Source: Rebecca billardiae RCC1528
Taxonomy: Eukaryota; Protista; Haptophyta
Length of the DNA stretch: 64,000 bases
Direction: 5' to 3'
NCBI GenBank assembly: GCA_965240325.2
Contig: OZ251225.1
Coordinates: forward strand, 3,472,001 to 3,536,000
Below, piece by piece: positions 1 through 9,800 of the stretch (its first letter is position 1; every line of letters begins with the position of its first letter). The notes under the pieces are model-generated. The model was not told where the DNA came from. It searched no databases and was given only the letters and a program-made list of their open reading frames with translations. Position numbers and translations under genes: made by a program.

Positions 1-169
1 GCATGACGGCCGTGGGCGAGCGCCCGTGGCCCACGTGCTTATGACTTTGTTTCGCGTGGTGGGCTGCCGGAATTGATGCGCGAAAAAACACGCGCGGAAA
101 GAGCTGGCTCTCCAGCTCTCCGGATTTCGGTGCGCAGAGGTGCAGCAACAAACGACGCGGCCCAAAACA

Positions 170-797
170 ATGGTGGATGCGCGTCTGGACGCGACACCCG
201 GCCCCCGCATGCAAGTTGGGCGTGGGAGGGGTGGAGAGCGTGCGATTCGGTGTGTCGGCCCATTGCATGGCTACCGATGACCACTCCGGGCCCCGCTTGT
301 CCCCTGCGCGCCCGCAGGTGAACGCAGGGTTTGCCCGCTTGATTGCGAACATCATGGTCATGGGCGGTGGCATCTTCGGCCGAGCGTTCATGGATGCCTA
401 CAAGCATGCCCTGCAGAGTATGCGCAGCTCGCGCTCCGGCCATATTCATGCATTCGCATACTGCCCCGCACGGCACATGCGTGCGACGTGTTCAGATGCA
501 TGCTCACCACGCGCTCTGCGCGGCGCCTGTTGCGCTCGCGCAGATGGTGGCACCGCGGCGCGGTCTGCGTCGAGGCGAGGTGGCGGCATCGCGGCCTCCG
601 AGGCGAGGAGCATACTGAACGTGAAGCCAGATGCCTCGCCAACAGAGGTGAGCGAGGCGTACCAGCGGCTGTACGGAATGAACGACCCTGCGAAGGGCGG
701 CTCTGAGTACTTGCGCAGCAAGATCCAGAACGCGCATGATCACCTCGAGGACTTGCATACGCAGGCCAAGTCGGACGGCAAGTCAGAGACCAAGTGA
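170..797 (+). CDS. PAM16: Mitochondrial import motor subunit Pam16/Tim16 (J-like protein); predicted exons 170-172, 318-417, 544-797
   Basis: The spliced product reads FARLIANIMVMGGGIFGRAFMDAYKHALQ...EARSILNV...AYQRLYGMNDPAKGGSEYLRSKIQNAH, matching the Pam16 signature (ND..KGGS.YL.SK). GT-AG introns at 173-317 and 418-543. Confidence 0.88.
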
Positions 798-1224
798 GCG
801 CCGTGGCGTGCACGCGTCGTTCCGCTCCGGCCACTCGCGGGATTGCATGGTGTGGCTCCGCAGGACGCGTGATTCCGCCGAGGCCGCCGCTGCTCGGAGC
901 ACTAGCCGTCTCCGGACCAAACATGACCTCTCGCCACACGGTAGGCAGGCCCTCATTTGACTGTTAACTACTGTAGCCCTTTGGCGAGGGCCAGAGCCTG
1001 GTCCAGCCGCCGACCGAACACTGCACTGCCTGACAGTCTGCTGTGGCTCAGTCACAGTGAATCAGGACTCGGCCACTCAGGAGTCAGGTGAGGCTGCGAG
1101 TGCGAGCCAGCGAGGCATGCGGTGCACACTGTCCCGGGACAGTCTGCTGTGACGAAATGAGTCAATGACGCGTGCGGGCCCAGCAGTAGCCTTTTGTCAC
1201 ACCTTGCGAGATTCCATCTCCGTG

Positions 1225-2070
1225 ATGCGCGCTTGGGCCGTGCTCGTCATCAGCGTGGTCAGCGCGGCGACCCCGCCGAACCCGCCACGTGCGGTGCATC
1301 AAAAGACGCCGCGTATTGCGACGACCAACCCGGTTCCGCGTACGGCCGCCGTCCGCGCCATCCGTGGGCTATACGACGCGTTCAACGCGCGCGACGCCGA
1401 GCTGGCGGGCTCCTTCTTGACGGATGATTGCGTGTACGAGGACCTCCTCCTTGGGCCGGCCACGGTCTGCCGGGGCAAGGAAGCGTTTGTTGGCGCATTG
1501 TCGATGCACCCCGCCTTCATCTCAGACCGCATCGTGAATAGCCTCCCCGCAGGCATGCAACGCGGGCTGCCATCTCTCTCTCTGGAGCTCGTCGTCGACT
1601 CCGTGGCAGATGGCCGGGATGCGGTCGGCGTCGAGTGGCACGTCGAGCTGGCTGGGAGCGCGATTCCTCTCGGCCGTGGTCTGACGCACGCGATCATTTG
1701 CCCTCGCACTGGCAAGATCACGCGCGTCGTGGACATCGCGGAGGCGCCATGGCGGACAGTGGGCATCGCGGTCGCACCAGTCGTGAGCGCCATCAAGCGC
1801 GTGGCCCGGCTGGGCACGTCCATTCGCAGCGCTGATCGTGACAGCGCTGCCATCGCCTTCGCGACAGTGTGGTGTCTGATCAGTGCTGTCGCGGTGAGCT
1901 CGTGGCTCTTTGGTGCGGAAGCGTCGCCGCAAGCCGACGTGGACGCCATGGAGGCAGTGGTCGAGGCCATGCCGCCACCCACGCGCACACTGCCTCTGCC
2001 GCCAGAGCTGCTCAAGCAAGCAGACGTGCTCGGCTCAGCGTTTGGCTGGCGGCTTGGGCCGGGGCCATGA
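1225..2070 (+). CDS. SnoaL-like/NTF2-family domain protein with N-terminal signal peptide and a C-terminal hydrophobic segment
   Basis: AIRGLYDAFNARDAELAGSFLTDDCVYEDL...RGKEAF...VGVEWHVELAG..IPLGRG...GKITRVVD is an NTF2/SnoaL pattern. Leader MRAWAVLVISVVSAA. Confidence 0.75.
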   Translation: MRAWAVLVISVVSAATPPNPPRAVHQKTPRIATTNPVPRTAAVRAIRGLYDAFNARDAELAGSFLTDDCVYEDLLLGPATVCRGKEAFVGALSMHPAFISDRIVNSLPAGMQRGLPSLSLELVVDSVADGRDAVGVEWHVELAGSAIPLGRGLTHAIICPRTGKITRVVDIAEAPWRTVGIAVAPVVSAIKRVARLGTSIRSADRDSAAIAFATVWCLISAVAVSSWLFGAEASPQADVDAMEAVVEAMPPPTRTLPLPPELLKQADVLGSAFGWRLGPGP

Positions 2071-2282
2071 TGCCTACTTGCAGAGCGGACGACGACCGGC
2101 GCATGAGCGGCCGTCGGCGGGCACGCGCCAATATGCCGACGGTGACATGCAAACGACCCGAAGGCCTGACGGGCGCCGCACTGTGACTGCTGACAATTTG
2201 TGAGTACTCACAAGTCAGTAGTCACATGACGCCAACAGCATCATGGCCCTACATGATAACTACACATCGCGGACTCGTCGGA

Positions 2283-2705
2283 ATAACTGGTCCGCGGATA
2301 TGACAATGGCCGGATGATTATAGGCGGCGGCTACTAGTACTAGTAATAATTGTCATGGACATATATTGTCTAGCTGTAGTCATAGTGCAGGCACATTAGA
2401 CTCATGAGTACTGACTACTAGTGTGACCCGCAGCATAATTCCGCTGCCGGGCTGCCAGCCGTGGCCGTGATCAAAACCGATCAAAATGACTCAGTAGCTT
2501 ACTATCAAACATTAGTGACGCTGCGGCGGAGGACGAGACAGCAGGTTCAGTCATTCGTCTTATTGACCTTCGACGCTTTCTGAGTCTCAGTCTCCGATCC
2601 ATCATCCGTAATCGATCATGCGCGGCTGCAGGCGCATCAAGCCACCGTAGACCGCTCCTGCGAGCAGCCGTACCGGGCAACTGACAGACGAACTGACGCG
2701 AGCGA
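2283..2705 (-). pseudogene. Decayed tandem duplicate of the aquaporin 3' end and downstream sequence (partner copy 2714-3043)
   Basis: 2516-2705 aligns to 2902-3043 with 9 insertions and 2 substitutions. ATAACTGGTCCGCGGAT starts both units (2283 and 2714). Confidence 0.9.
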
Positions 2706-2929
2706 TAACACTCATAACTGGTCCGCGGATGACGATGCCAAGTGGCCCGTCGGATGAGTACTGTGATGAGTTACTGACTTACTGAGTACATGGCGCGGAT
2801 TAACAGATGATTACGCTGCCAGTGTGAGTGTCGACGGATCCGATGACGAGTATTGACGACATGAGTCGCATTCGGCCAGCATAGCTATATATAAATTATA
2901 ATGACGCTGCGGCGGAGGACGAGACAGGT

Positions 2930-3607
2930 TCAGTCATTCTTGCCCTTCGACGCTTTCTGAGCAGCCTCCATCATGCGCGGCTGCAGGCGCAAGCCACCGT
3001 AGACCGCTCCTGCGAGCAGCGTACCGGGCAATGACGCGAGCGAGCCGCACGTGTCCGCGTTGAGCATGGCCGTGACTGCGGTGTAGGCTGGGTTCATGGA
3101 GACGGGGATGCCGAACATGCCAGGGCACACGAAACCGGCGACGATGGAGCCAGTTATCTCAGGAATATACGGCATTCCCGCCTCGAAAATTGCCACCAGG
3201 AGCAATGTCACTGCGAATGCCTCTGTGGCGGCGGCATGGTGCATTGGCACGTGCGTGGCGAATGGAATGGTGCCCACCTGTGCGACGGTGGTGTCTGGTA
3301 GCGCCGACAGAGCCCAGACGAGAATGGCCGGCGCGACGACCATCTGACCAACGAAGCGCGCGAGCGCGTCGGCCTTTGGCACGACCCCAGCAGCCGCCAA
3401 CGTCAGTGTTACCATCGGGCTGAAGTGCGCGTCCATCTGTAGCCACCCGTTCGTGACACCAACGATGCGGAGGAATACAATGATGACCCCATTCGCCACC
3501 CACGCATTAGGGAAGGGCCAGCTTGGAAGCGAGAGGAAGAACCCCAGGACGAACGACGTGAAGACGGCTTCGATCGCGACCAGCGCGAGCAACTTCGTCG
3601 TCGGCAT
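2930..3607 (-). CDS. Aquaporin/MIP-family channel, divergent (SIP/unorthodox-like)
   Basis: 225 aa with about 6 hydrophobic segments. Loop B reads DAHFSPMVTL (SPM in place of NPA); loop E reads SMNPAYT; conserved E in TM1 and TM4 (AIEAVFT, ATEAFAV). Confidence 0.75.
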   Translation of the reverse strand: MPTTKLLALVAIEAVFTSFVLGFFLSLPSWPFPNAWVANGVIIVFLRIVGVTNGWLQMDAHFSPMVTLTLAAAGVVPKADALARFVGQMVVAPAILVWALSALPDTTVAQVGTIPFATHVPMHHAAATEAFAVTLLLVAIFEAGMPYIPEITGSIVAGFVCPGMFGIPVSMNPAYTAVTAMLNADTCGSLASLPGTLLAGAVYGGLRLQPRMMEAAQKASKGKND

Positions 3608-3962
3608 CGTGCGGGGGCCGTCGTGGCCGAGCTTTCCGCTTTGGATCGTGCTAAGGCGTGATTACCGTACGCGATATTATTCCATCACTTCTTTATTTAT
3701 TGCGGCCCATCTGCTGATGACTGATCGATCGTCAGATCGATCTGACTGAGACTGACATCTGTCAAGCCAACCTTTGAGTTAGTCACTCCACTAGTAGCTA
3801 GTAACTAGTAACGTAGTATCATAGTCTTAATAGTCGGCATCAGTAGCAGCAGTACTATGGCCGGGTATAGTATTGATATATATTCGACCCTCACGCCCGC
3901 GGCGGTCCCGCGGTCCGCCCGTGCCGCACTGACCGCGCCAACCTGCCACGGTTAGTCACAGT

Positions 3963-4000
3963 ATCCGATCCGATCCGATCCGATCCGATCCGATCCGATC

Positions 4001-4078
<78 letters not shown>
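3963..4078. repeat. Compound microsatellite: (ATCCG)8 followed by (TA)n
   Basis: Directly visible. Confidence 0.97.
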
Positions 4079-4083
<5 letters not shown>

Positions 4084-4340
4084 CTGACGCATCACTTAGA
4101 TTGAGACTGTATGTACTGCAGTAGCCTCCGCCTTTATACACGGTCCTTGCCGCTGGCTAAACGCCTGAGTCGCCTGACTACTAGTGTCTAGTTGAAACGT
4201 GACGGCACTACGTCTACCGCCATCTGTCCATCACCAGCGGGTGACCCGTCCGAGACCGAGTGCTGAGCTGCGACGTAGGGTCGGCGCTGAGCTGCCAGTG
4301 TGCAGCGCAAGTGTTGCGTGTCACGTCACCGTGTCATCGA

Positions 4341-6014
4341 TCAGTTCAGCCGCCTGCTACCACTCCTCGCAGCGCCGCCGCGGGCCGGCGACGCAGACGC
4401 TGGCGGCGCGAGGCCTGAGACCGCATCGAAGAACGGCCTCCGACGAGAGCTGCTGTCCTCGCCAAGCGGCTTTTGCACCGCCACCGCCGGGGTGGGCAGC
4501 AGCGATGGCTCCGTCACCGTCCAGGCAATGACGCCGCCCACAGCAAAGAAGATGATGAGCGATGCCATCCCGAGCCTCATGTCGTGCAGCCCCTCGTTGA
4601 GTGCGGTGAAGAGCATGGGCGGCAGCCATGTCAGGCAGACCTGAGCAAATGTCGAGAAGCCCCATAGCTCTGCCTCGCGACCAGGCGGCATCATGGCCGC
4701 CAGATAGCTCGTGAGCGACGGACCGATCCATCCGAAGCCGATACCTGCGCCCGCGCGTGACCGCCCGACGCGCGCCAAGGGCAGGCGCGCATGCCAGGGG
4801 ACGGTGTGAGGGGACGAACGGGCCAGCTCGCAGGACGGAGCACACTCGCGGGTTGGAACGGAGGCGCTCGCGCGCGCGCCGTCCGCTGCGGTCGCGCTGC
4901 GCGCACCTGTCGGCACTGCCATCAGGATGGCGAGCGGCTGGTCGTCCGGCGTGCGCAGCGCGCCGGCGAACGCGGCGATGATGAGGATCCACCACGCGAT
5001 CGCGAGCAGCAGGCAGTGGCGATGGCCCAGCCCGCGGGAGGTGGATCTGTACACGAGCGCGCCCGGCACGCCACTTGTCAGCACGATGCCCGCAAAGAGG
5101 GCCACGCGCGCGTTGGGCACGCCCAGCTGCTGCGTCAGGTACGTGACGGCGCACGGCGTGAAGCTGATGATCGGCGCGCTGCAGAAGAGGTTCACCAGCA
5201 GCAGCTTGCGCAGCCCCCGGTCCTGCTCGTCGTTCTCGGTGAGGTCGCGCATCGTGCGCAAGAGCTCGCGTCCGCCCGCGAGCCATAGTGACGTCCCCGA
5301 CGGAGGGTCGTGCTTGGGCGCCCTCGCGCCGAACCGCGTCCACGCACCGTATAGCAGCGGCGCGCCCACGAGCGAGGAGGTCACCTGCGCGACGCGCGCG
5401 CGGTTGAGGTCGTTCAGGCCGAGCTGCTCGGTGAGGCAGGCCACGCCTGTCAAATACGTGAGCTGCGCGACAATCTGCCAGAACTTGACGGAAGCGACCA
5501 CCCCGGACAGCTCGCTGTCTGACTCGACGAACTCGCGCACATACGCCCAGCGCGCGAGGCTGTGGCCGTAGTACGTCGCGCCAGCGAGCGTGATCGAGAC
5601 CACGGCGACCGGGAACCACGTCGATGGCGAGAGGAGCGTGAGGCTAAGCGTTGCAAGTGTCGCGATGCCCGCCATCGCGCGCCCGAAGGTGCGCCGGTGC
5701 GAGCTGTAGTCGATGATAGCGCCTGCGTATGGCATGAACGCCGCTGAGCACAGCCCGGCGATCGTCGATATCACCGCGACGACGGACGAGGGGCGCAATC
5801 CGTGCACGGTGTGGTCGCAGTCTGTGTACACGCCCGTCTCGCTCAGCTTGCAGCCGGCCTCCTCGTTGGCCAGTCGCAGGATGGCCACGTTGACGAAGAT
5901 TCCGCCTCCGATGAAGAGCAGCGCCGTGCCAGACTCCGCCATGTACGAGGCTACCGCCTCTGGCTTGTGCCGCGATGCGCACAAGTCGAGGCGCTTGCAC
6001 ACGGAGGCCGCCAT
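4341..6014 (-). CDS. MFS transporter, Atg22/UMF1-like; predicted in-frame intron 4745-4906
   Basis: About 12 TM segments. PYAGAIIDYSSHRR in loop 2-3 and SYLAAMMPPGREAELWGF in loop 10-11. GTGCGC...GCAG intron of 162 nt. Confidence 0.8.
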   Translation of the reverse strand: MAASVCKRLDLCASRHKPEAVASYMAESGTALLFIGGGIFVNVAILRLANEEAGCKLSETGVYTDCDHTVHGLRPSSVVAVISTIAGLCSAAFMPYAGAIIDYSSHRRTFGRAMAGIATLATLSLTLLSPSTWFPVAVVSITLAGATYYGHSLARWAYVREFVESDSELSGVVASVKFWQIVAQLTYLTGVACLTEQLGLNDLNRARVAQVTSSLVGAPLLYGAWTRFGARAPKHDPPSGTSLWLAGGRELLRTMRDLTENDEQDRGLRKLLLVNLFCSAPIISFTPCAVTYLTQQLGVPNARVALFAGIVLTSGVPGALVYRSTSRGLGHRHCLLLAIAWWILIIAAFAGALRTPDDQPLAILMAVPTGARSATAADGARASASVPTRECAPSCELARSSPHTVPWHARLPLARVGRSRAGAGIGFGWIGPSLTSYLAAMMPPGREAELWGFSTFAQVCLTWLPPMLFTALNEGLHDMRLGMASLIIFFAVGGVIAWTVTEPSLLPTPAVAVQKPLGEDSSSRRRPFFDAVSGLAPPASASPARGGAARSGSRRLN

Positions 6015-6595
6015 CAGGCTAACTAACGCGGAGCAGGGTACAATACATCAAGCAGTCCACGGAGGCACCACGGTTGGCCGATGACCGAATCGCGTCCGTC
6101 ACTGTTCATCATCGCTCTGGCGAATCTCCACCGCCGGGCATGTGGGCGAATCCACGGCCCTTGGCGAATCTCCATCGCCGGCCCAGAACCCTTCACTTCC
6201 AGTTCTTGCCCTCTGGCCCTGAGTGCCACCGTGCCCCAGTGAGTGCCACCCCCCACGAACGCTTTTGGACCCTCCCCCCGCTGCTGGGGCTCGGTCAGTC
6301 GACGCGGCGTCGCTCACAACGCAGGCAAGTGTTTGGCGCGGCTGCACTCTCGATGTGGCTGAGATACCGAAAATCCAGGTGCAGCACCCTCCCAGTGTGG
6401 TGTCAGAGCGCTCTCTCGAGCGCGTGCCTCCCGGAGCGCGTGGCGGTCCCAGTTCTTGCTGCCACATCAAATATCAATGGCGGAATGGCCGCCTCGATGC
6501 CGGTGAGGCAACGCCGATCGCGCCACTCACCTGCCTGCGCCGCTCTGTTTTGTGGCGGCTGTGTCTTTGTGCAGTGATGTACGACGTTGTCAGAT

Positions 6596-6623
6596 GATAT
6601 ATATATATATGTATGTATGTATG

Positions 6624-6692
<69 letters not shown>
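6596..6692. repeat. (TA)n microsatellite with a (TATG)n interruption
   Basis: Directly visible. Confidence 0.97.
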
Positions 6693-6695
<3 letters not shown>

Positions 6696-6842
6696 TATGG
6701 CATCAATCTAACGCCGCACCCGTTGGCCGTTATAACCGACTGAAGTGTACAGTGCGCGCACGGCATGCACGTTGAAATCTTAGTGACTACTGTAAACTGT
6801 ATACGCCATCTTTATTCGGGGCCTCAGTGTTACGACGAATCA

Positions 6843-9800
6843 TCATCGATCATCCGACGACAGATCCAAAGACATGACTGTCCAATGGTCGTCGTCAGAT
6901 TCAGCAGTGTGACCTGTGTCGTCGCCGTGTGGTGGTACTGTTCGGAGGTAACCTGCACCGTTGCATCTCTCTAGCAGCGGTCTCAAGACCCCTGAGCTGT
7001 GACGCGCTTCGGAGCCGCCAGCATCGTCGACCAGGGCCCTGCTTGCCGTCACCACAGGCGCGACCTGTGGCGGTTGCTGCCGTCCTGCACCTGCTCCAGC
7101 CGCCATTGATGATAATGGTAGTGCTGGCGCAACGGTGGTGTTGATGCCTGCTGGTAGTCCCTGGTCGTAGATGCCAGCCCAGCCAGGCGCAGCCCGGGTT
7201 GTGTCACCTGCATTGCCACACAGATGCTGCTCGTCCAGGGCCCAGGCACCACCATAACCATTGACCATCCAGTCGCCAACCGGATGGACCGTGCCATATG
7301 GAGAGACCAGTGGTATGCCGACTGCCACCAGTGGCGTGCCAACTGCCACCAGTGGCGTGCCAACTGCCACCAGTGGAGTGCCAACTGCCACCAGTGGCGG
7401 CGGTGGCGATAGCAGCGGCGCGACGTCCGAAACGGCGGTAATGTTGCTGCTGTGAGTGTGCCGTCGCGGCGCGGCGCACCTCGCCTGGTCACCGGTGCCA
7501 TGCTCCACTGCGACCAGTGGCGGCGGTGACGTGAGCGGCGGCACGACGTCCGAAACGGCGGCAATGTGGCTGCTGTGAGTGTGCCGTCGCGGCGCGGCGC
7601 ACCTAGCCTGGTCACCGGTGCCATGCTCCACTGCGACCAGTGGCGGCGGTGACGTGAGCAGCGGCGCGACGTCCGAAACGGCGGCAATGTGGCTGCTGTG
7701 AGTGTGCCGTCGCGGCGCGGCGCACCTAGCCTGGTCACCGGTGCCGTGCTCCACTGCAACCAGTGGCGGCGGTGACGTGAGCAGCGGCGCGACGTCCGAA
7801 ACGGCGGCAATATGGCTGCTGTGAGTGCACCGTCGCTTCGCGGAGCGCGTGCCCTGGTCACCGGTGCCGTGCTCCAGCCTGCGCTTGGGGACGCTCACCA
7901 CGTTCACCATGCCGGCCAGCTTGTGCGTGGCGCACCGGCTGGCGCGCTTCTCGCCCTGCATGCCGAACGAAGGATGCTTGGTGCAGCCGGCATGATCACA
8001 CATGCGGTTCATCACGTCGACCATGCCGGCCAGCTTGTGCGAGGCGCACCGGCTGGCGCGCTTCTCGCCCGGCATGCCGAACACAGGCTGCTTGGTGCAG
8101 CCCGCATGATCACACTTGCGGCTCCTCACGTTGATCATGCCGGTCAGCTTGTGCGTAGCGCACCGGCTGGCGCGAGCGTCGCCCGGCATGCCGAACGCAG
8201 GCCCCTTGGTGCAGCCCGCGTGATCACACATGCCGCTCCTCACGTTGATCATGCCGGTCAGCTTGTGCGTAGCACACCGGCTGGCGCGCGCGTCGCCCGC
8301 CATGCCGAACGCAGGCTGCTTGGTGCAGCCAGCGTGATCACACATGGGGCTCACCACGTTCACCATGCCGGCCAGCTTGTGCGTAGCGCACCGGCTGGCG
8401 CGCGCGTCGCCCGGCATGCCGTACGAAGGCCCCTTGGTGCAGCCATCGTGATGACACGCTAGGCTCTTCACGTTGACCATGCCGGCCAGCTTGTGCGTAG
8501 CGCACCGGCTGGCACGCGCGTCGCCCGGCATACCAAAGTAAGGCCGTGTGGTGCAGCCAGCGTGATCGCACGTGCGGTTCTTCATGTCGACCATGCCGGC
8601 CAGCTTGTGCGTAGCGCACCGGCTGGGGCGCGAGTTGCCCGGCATGCCGAACGAAGGCCGTGTGGTGCAGCCCGCGTGATCACACGTGGGGCTCTTCACG
8701 TTCACCATGCCGGCCAGCTTGTGCGTAACGCACCGGCTGGCGCGCTCGTCACCCGGCATACCAAAGTAAGGCCGTGTGGTGCAGCCAGCGTGATCGCACG
8801 TGCGGTTCTTCATGTCGACCATGCCGGCCAGCTTGTGCGTAGCGCACCGGCTGGGGCGCGAGTTGCCCGGCATGCCGAACGAAGGCTGCTTGATGCAGCC
8901 GCCGTGATCACACAGGAGGCTCACCACGTCTACCATGCCGGCCAGCTTGTGCGCAGCGCACCGGCTGGCGCGTGCGTCGCCCGGCATGCCGAACGAAGGC
9001 CCCTTGGCGCAGCCATCGTGATCGCACTGGGGGCTCACCACGTTGACCATGCCTGCCAGCTTGTGCGTAGCGCATCGGCTGGCGCGCGCGTCGCCCGGCT
9101 TGCCGTACGAAGGCCCCTTGGTGCAGCCATCGTGATGACACATCGTGCGCTTCGCCACGCAGACCATGCCGGCCAGCTTGTGCGCAGCGCACCGGCTGGG
9201 GCGCGCGCCCGGCATGCCGAATGAAGGCCCCGTGGTGCAGTCCGCGTGATCACACGTGGGGCTCCTCACGTCGACCATGCCGGCCAGCTTGTGCACAGCG
9301 CACCGGCTGGCGCGCGCGCCCGGCATGCCGAATGAAGGCCGTGTGGTGCAGTCCGCGTGATCACACTTGGGGCTCCTCACGTTGACCATGCCGGCCAGCT
9401 TGTGCGTAGCGCACCGGCTGGCGCGCTTCTCGCCCGGCATGCCGAACGCAGGCTGCTTGGTGCAGCCGGCGTGATCACACGTGGGGCTCACCACGTTCAC
9501 CATGCCGGCCAGCTTGTGCGTAGCGCACCGGCTGGCGCGCGAGTCGCCCGCCATGCCTAACGAAGCATGCTTGGTGCAGCCCTCGTGATCGCACTTGGCG
9601 TACCTCATGTCAGCCATGCCGGCCAGCTTGTGCGTAGCGCACCGGCTGGCGCGCTTCTCGCCCGGCATGCCGAACGCAGGCCCCTTGGCGCAGCCCTCGT
9701 GATCACACTTGCGGCTCACCACGTTCACCATGCCGGCCAGCTTGTGCGTAGCGCACCAGCTGGCGCGCTTCTCGCCCGGCATGCCGAATGAAGGCACCGT

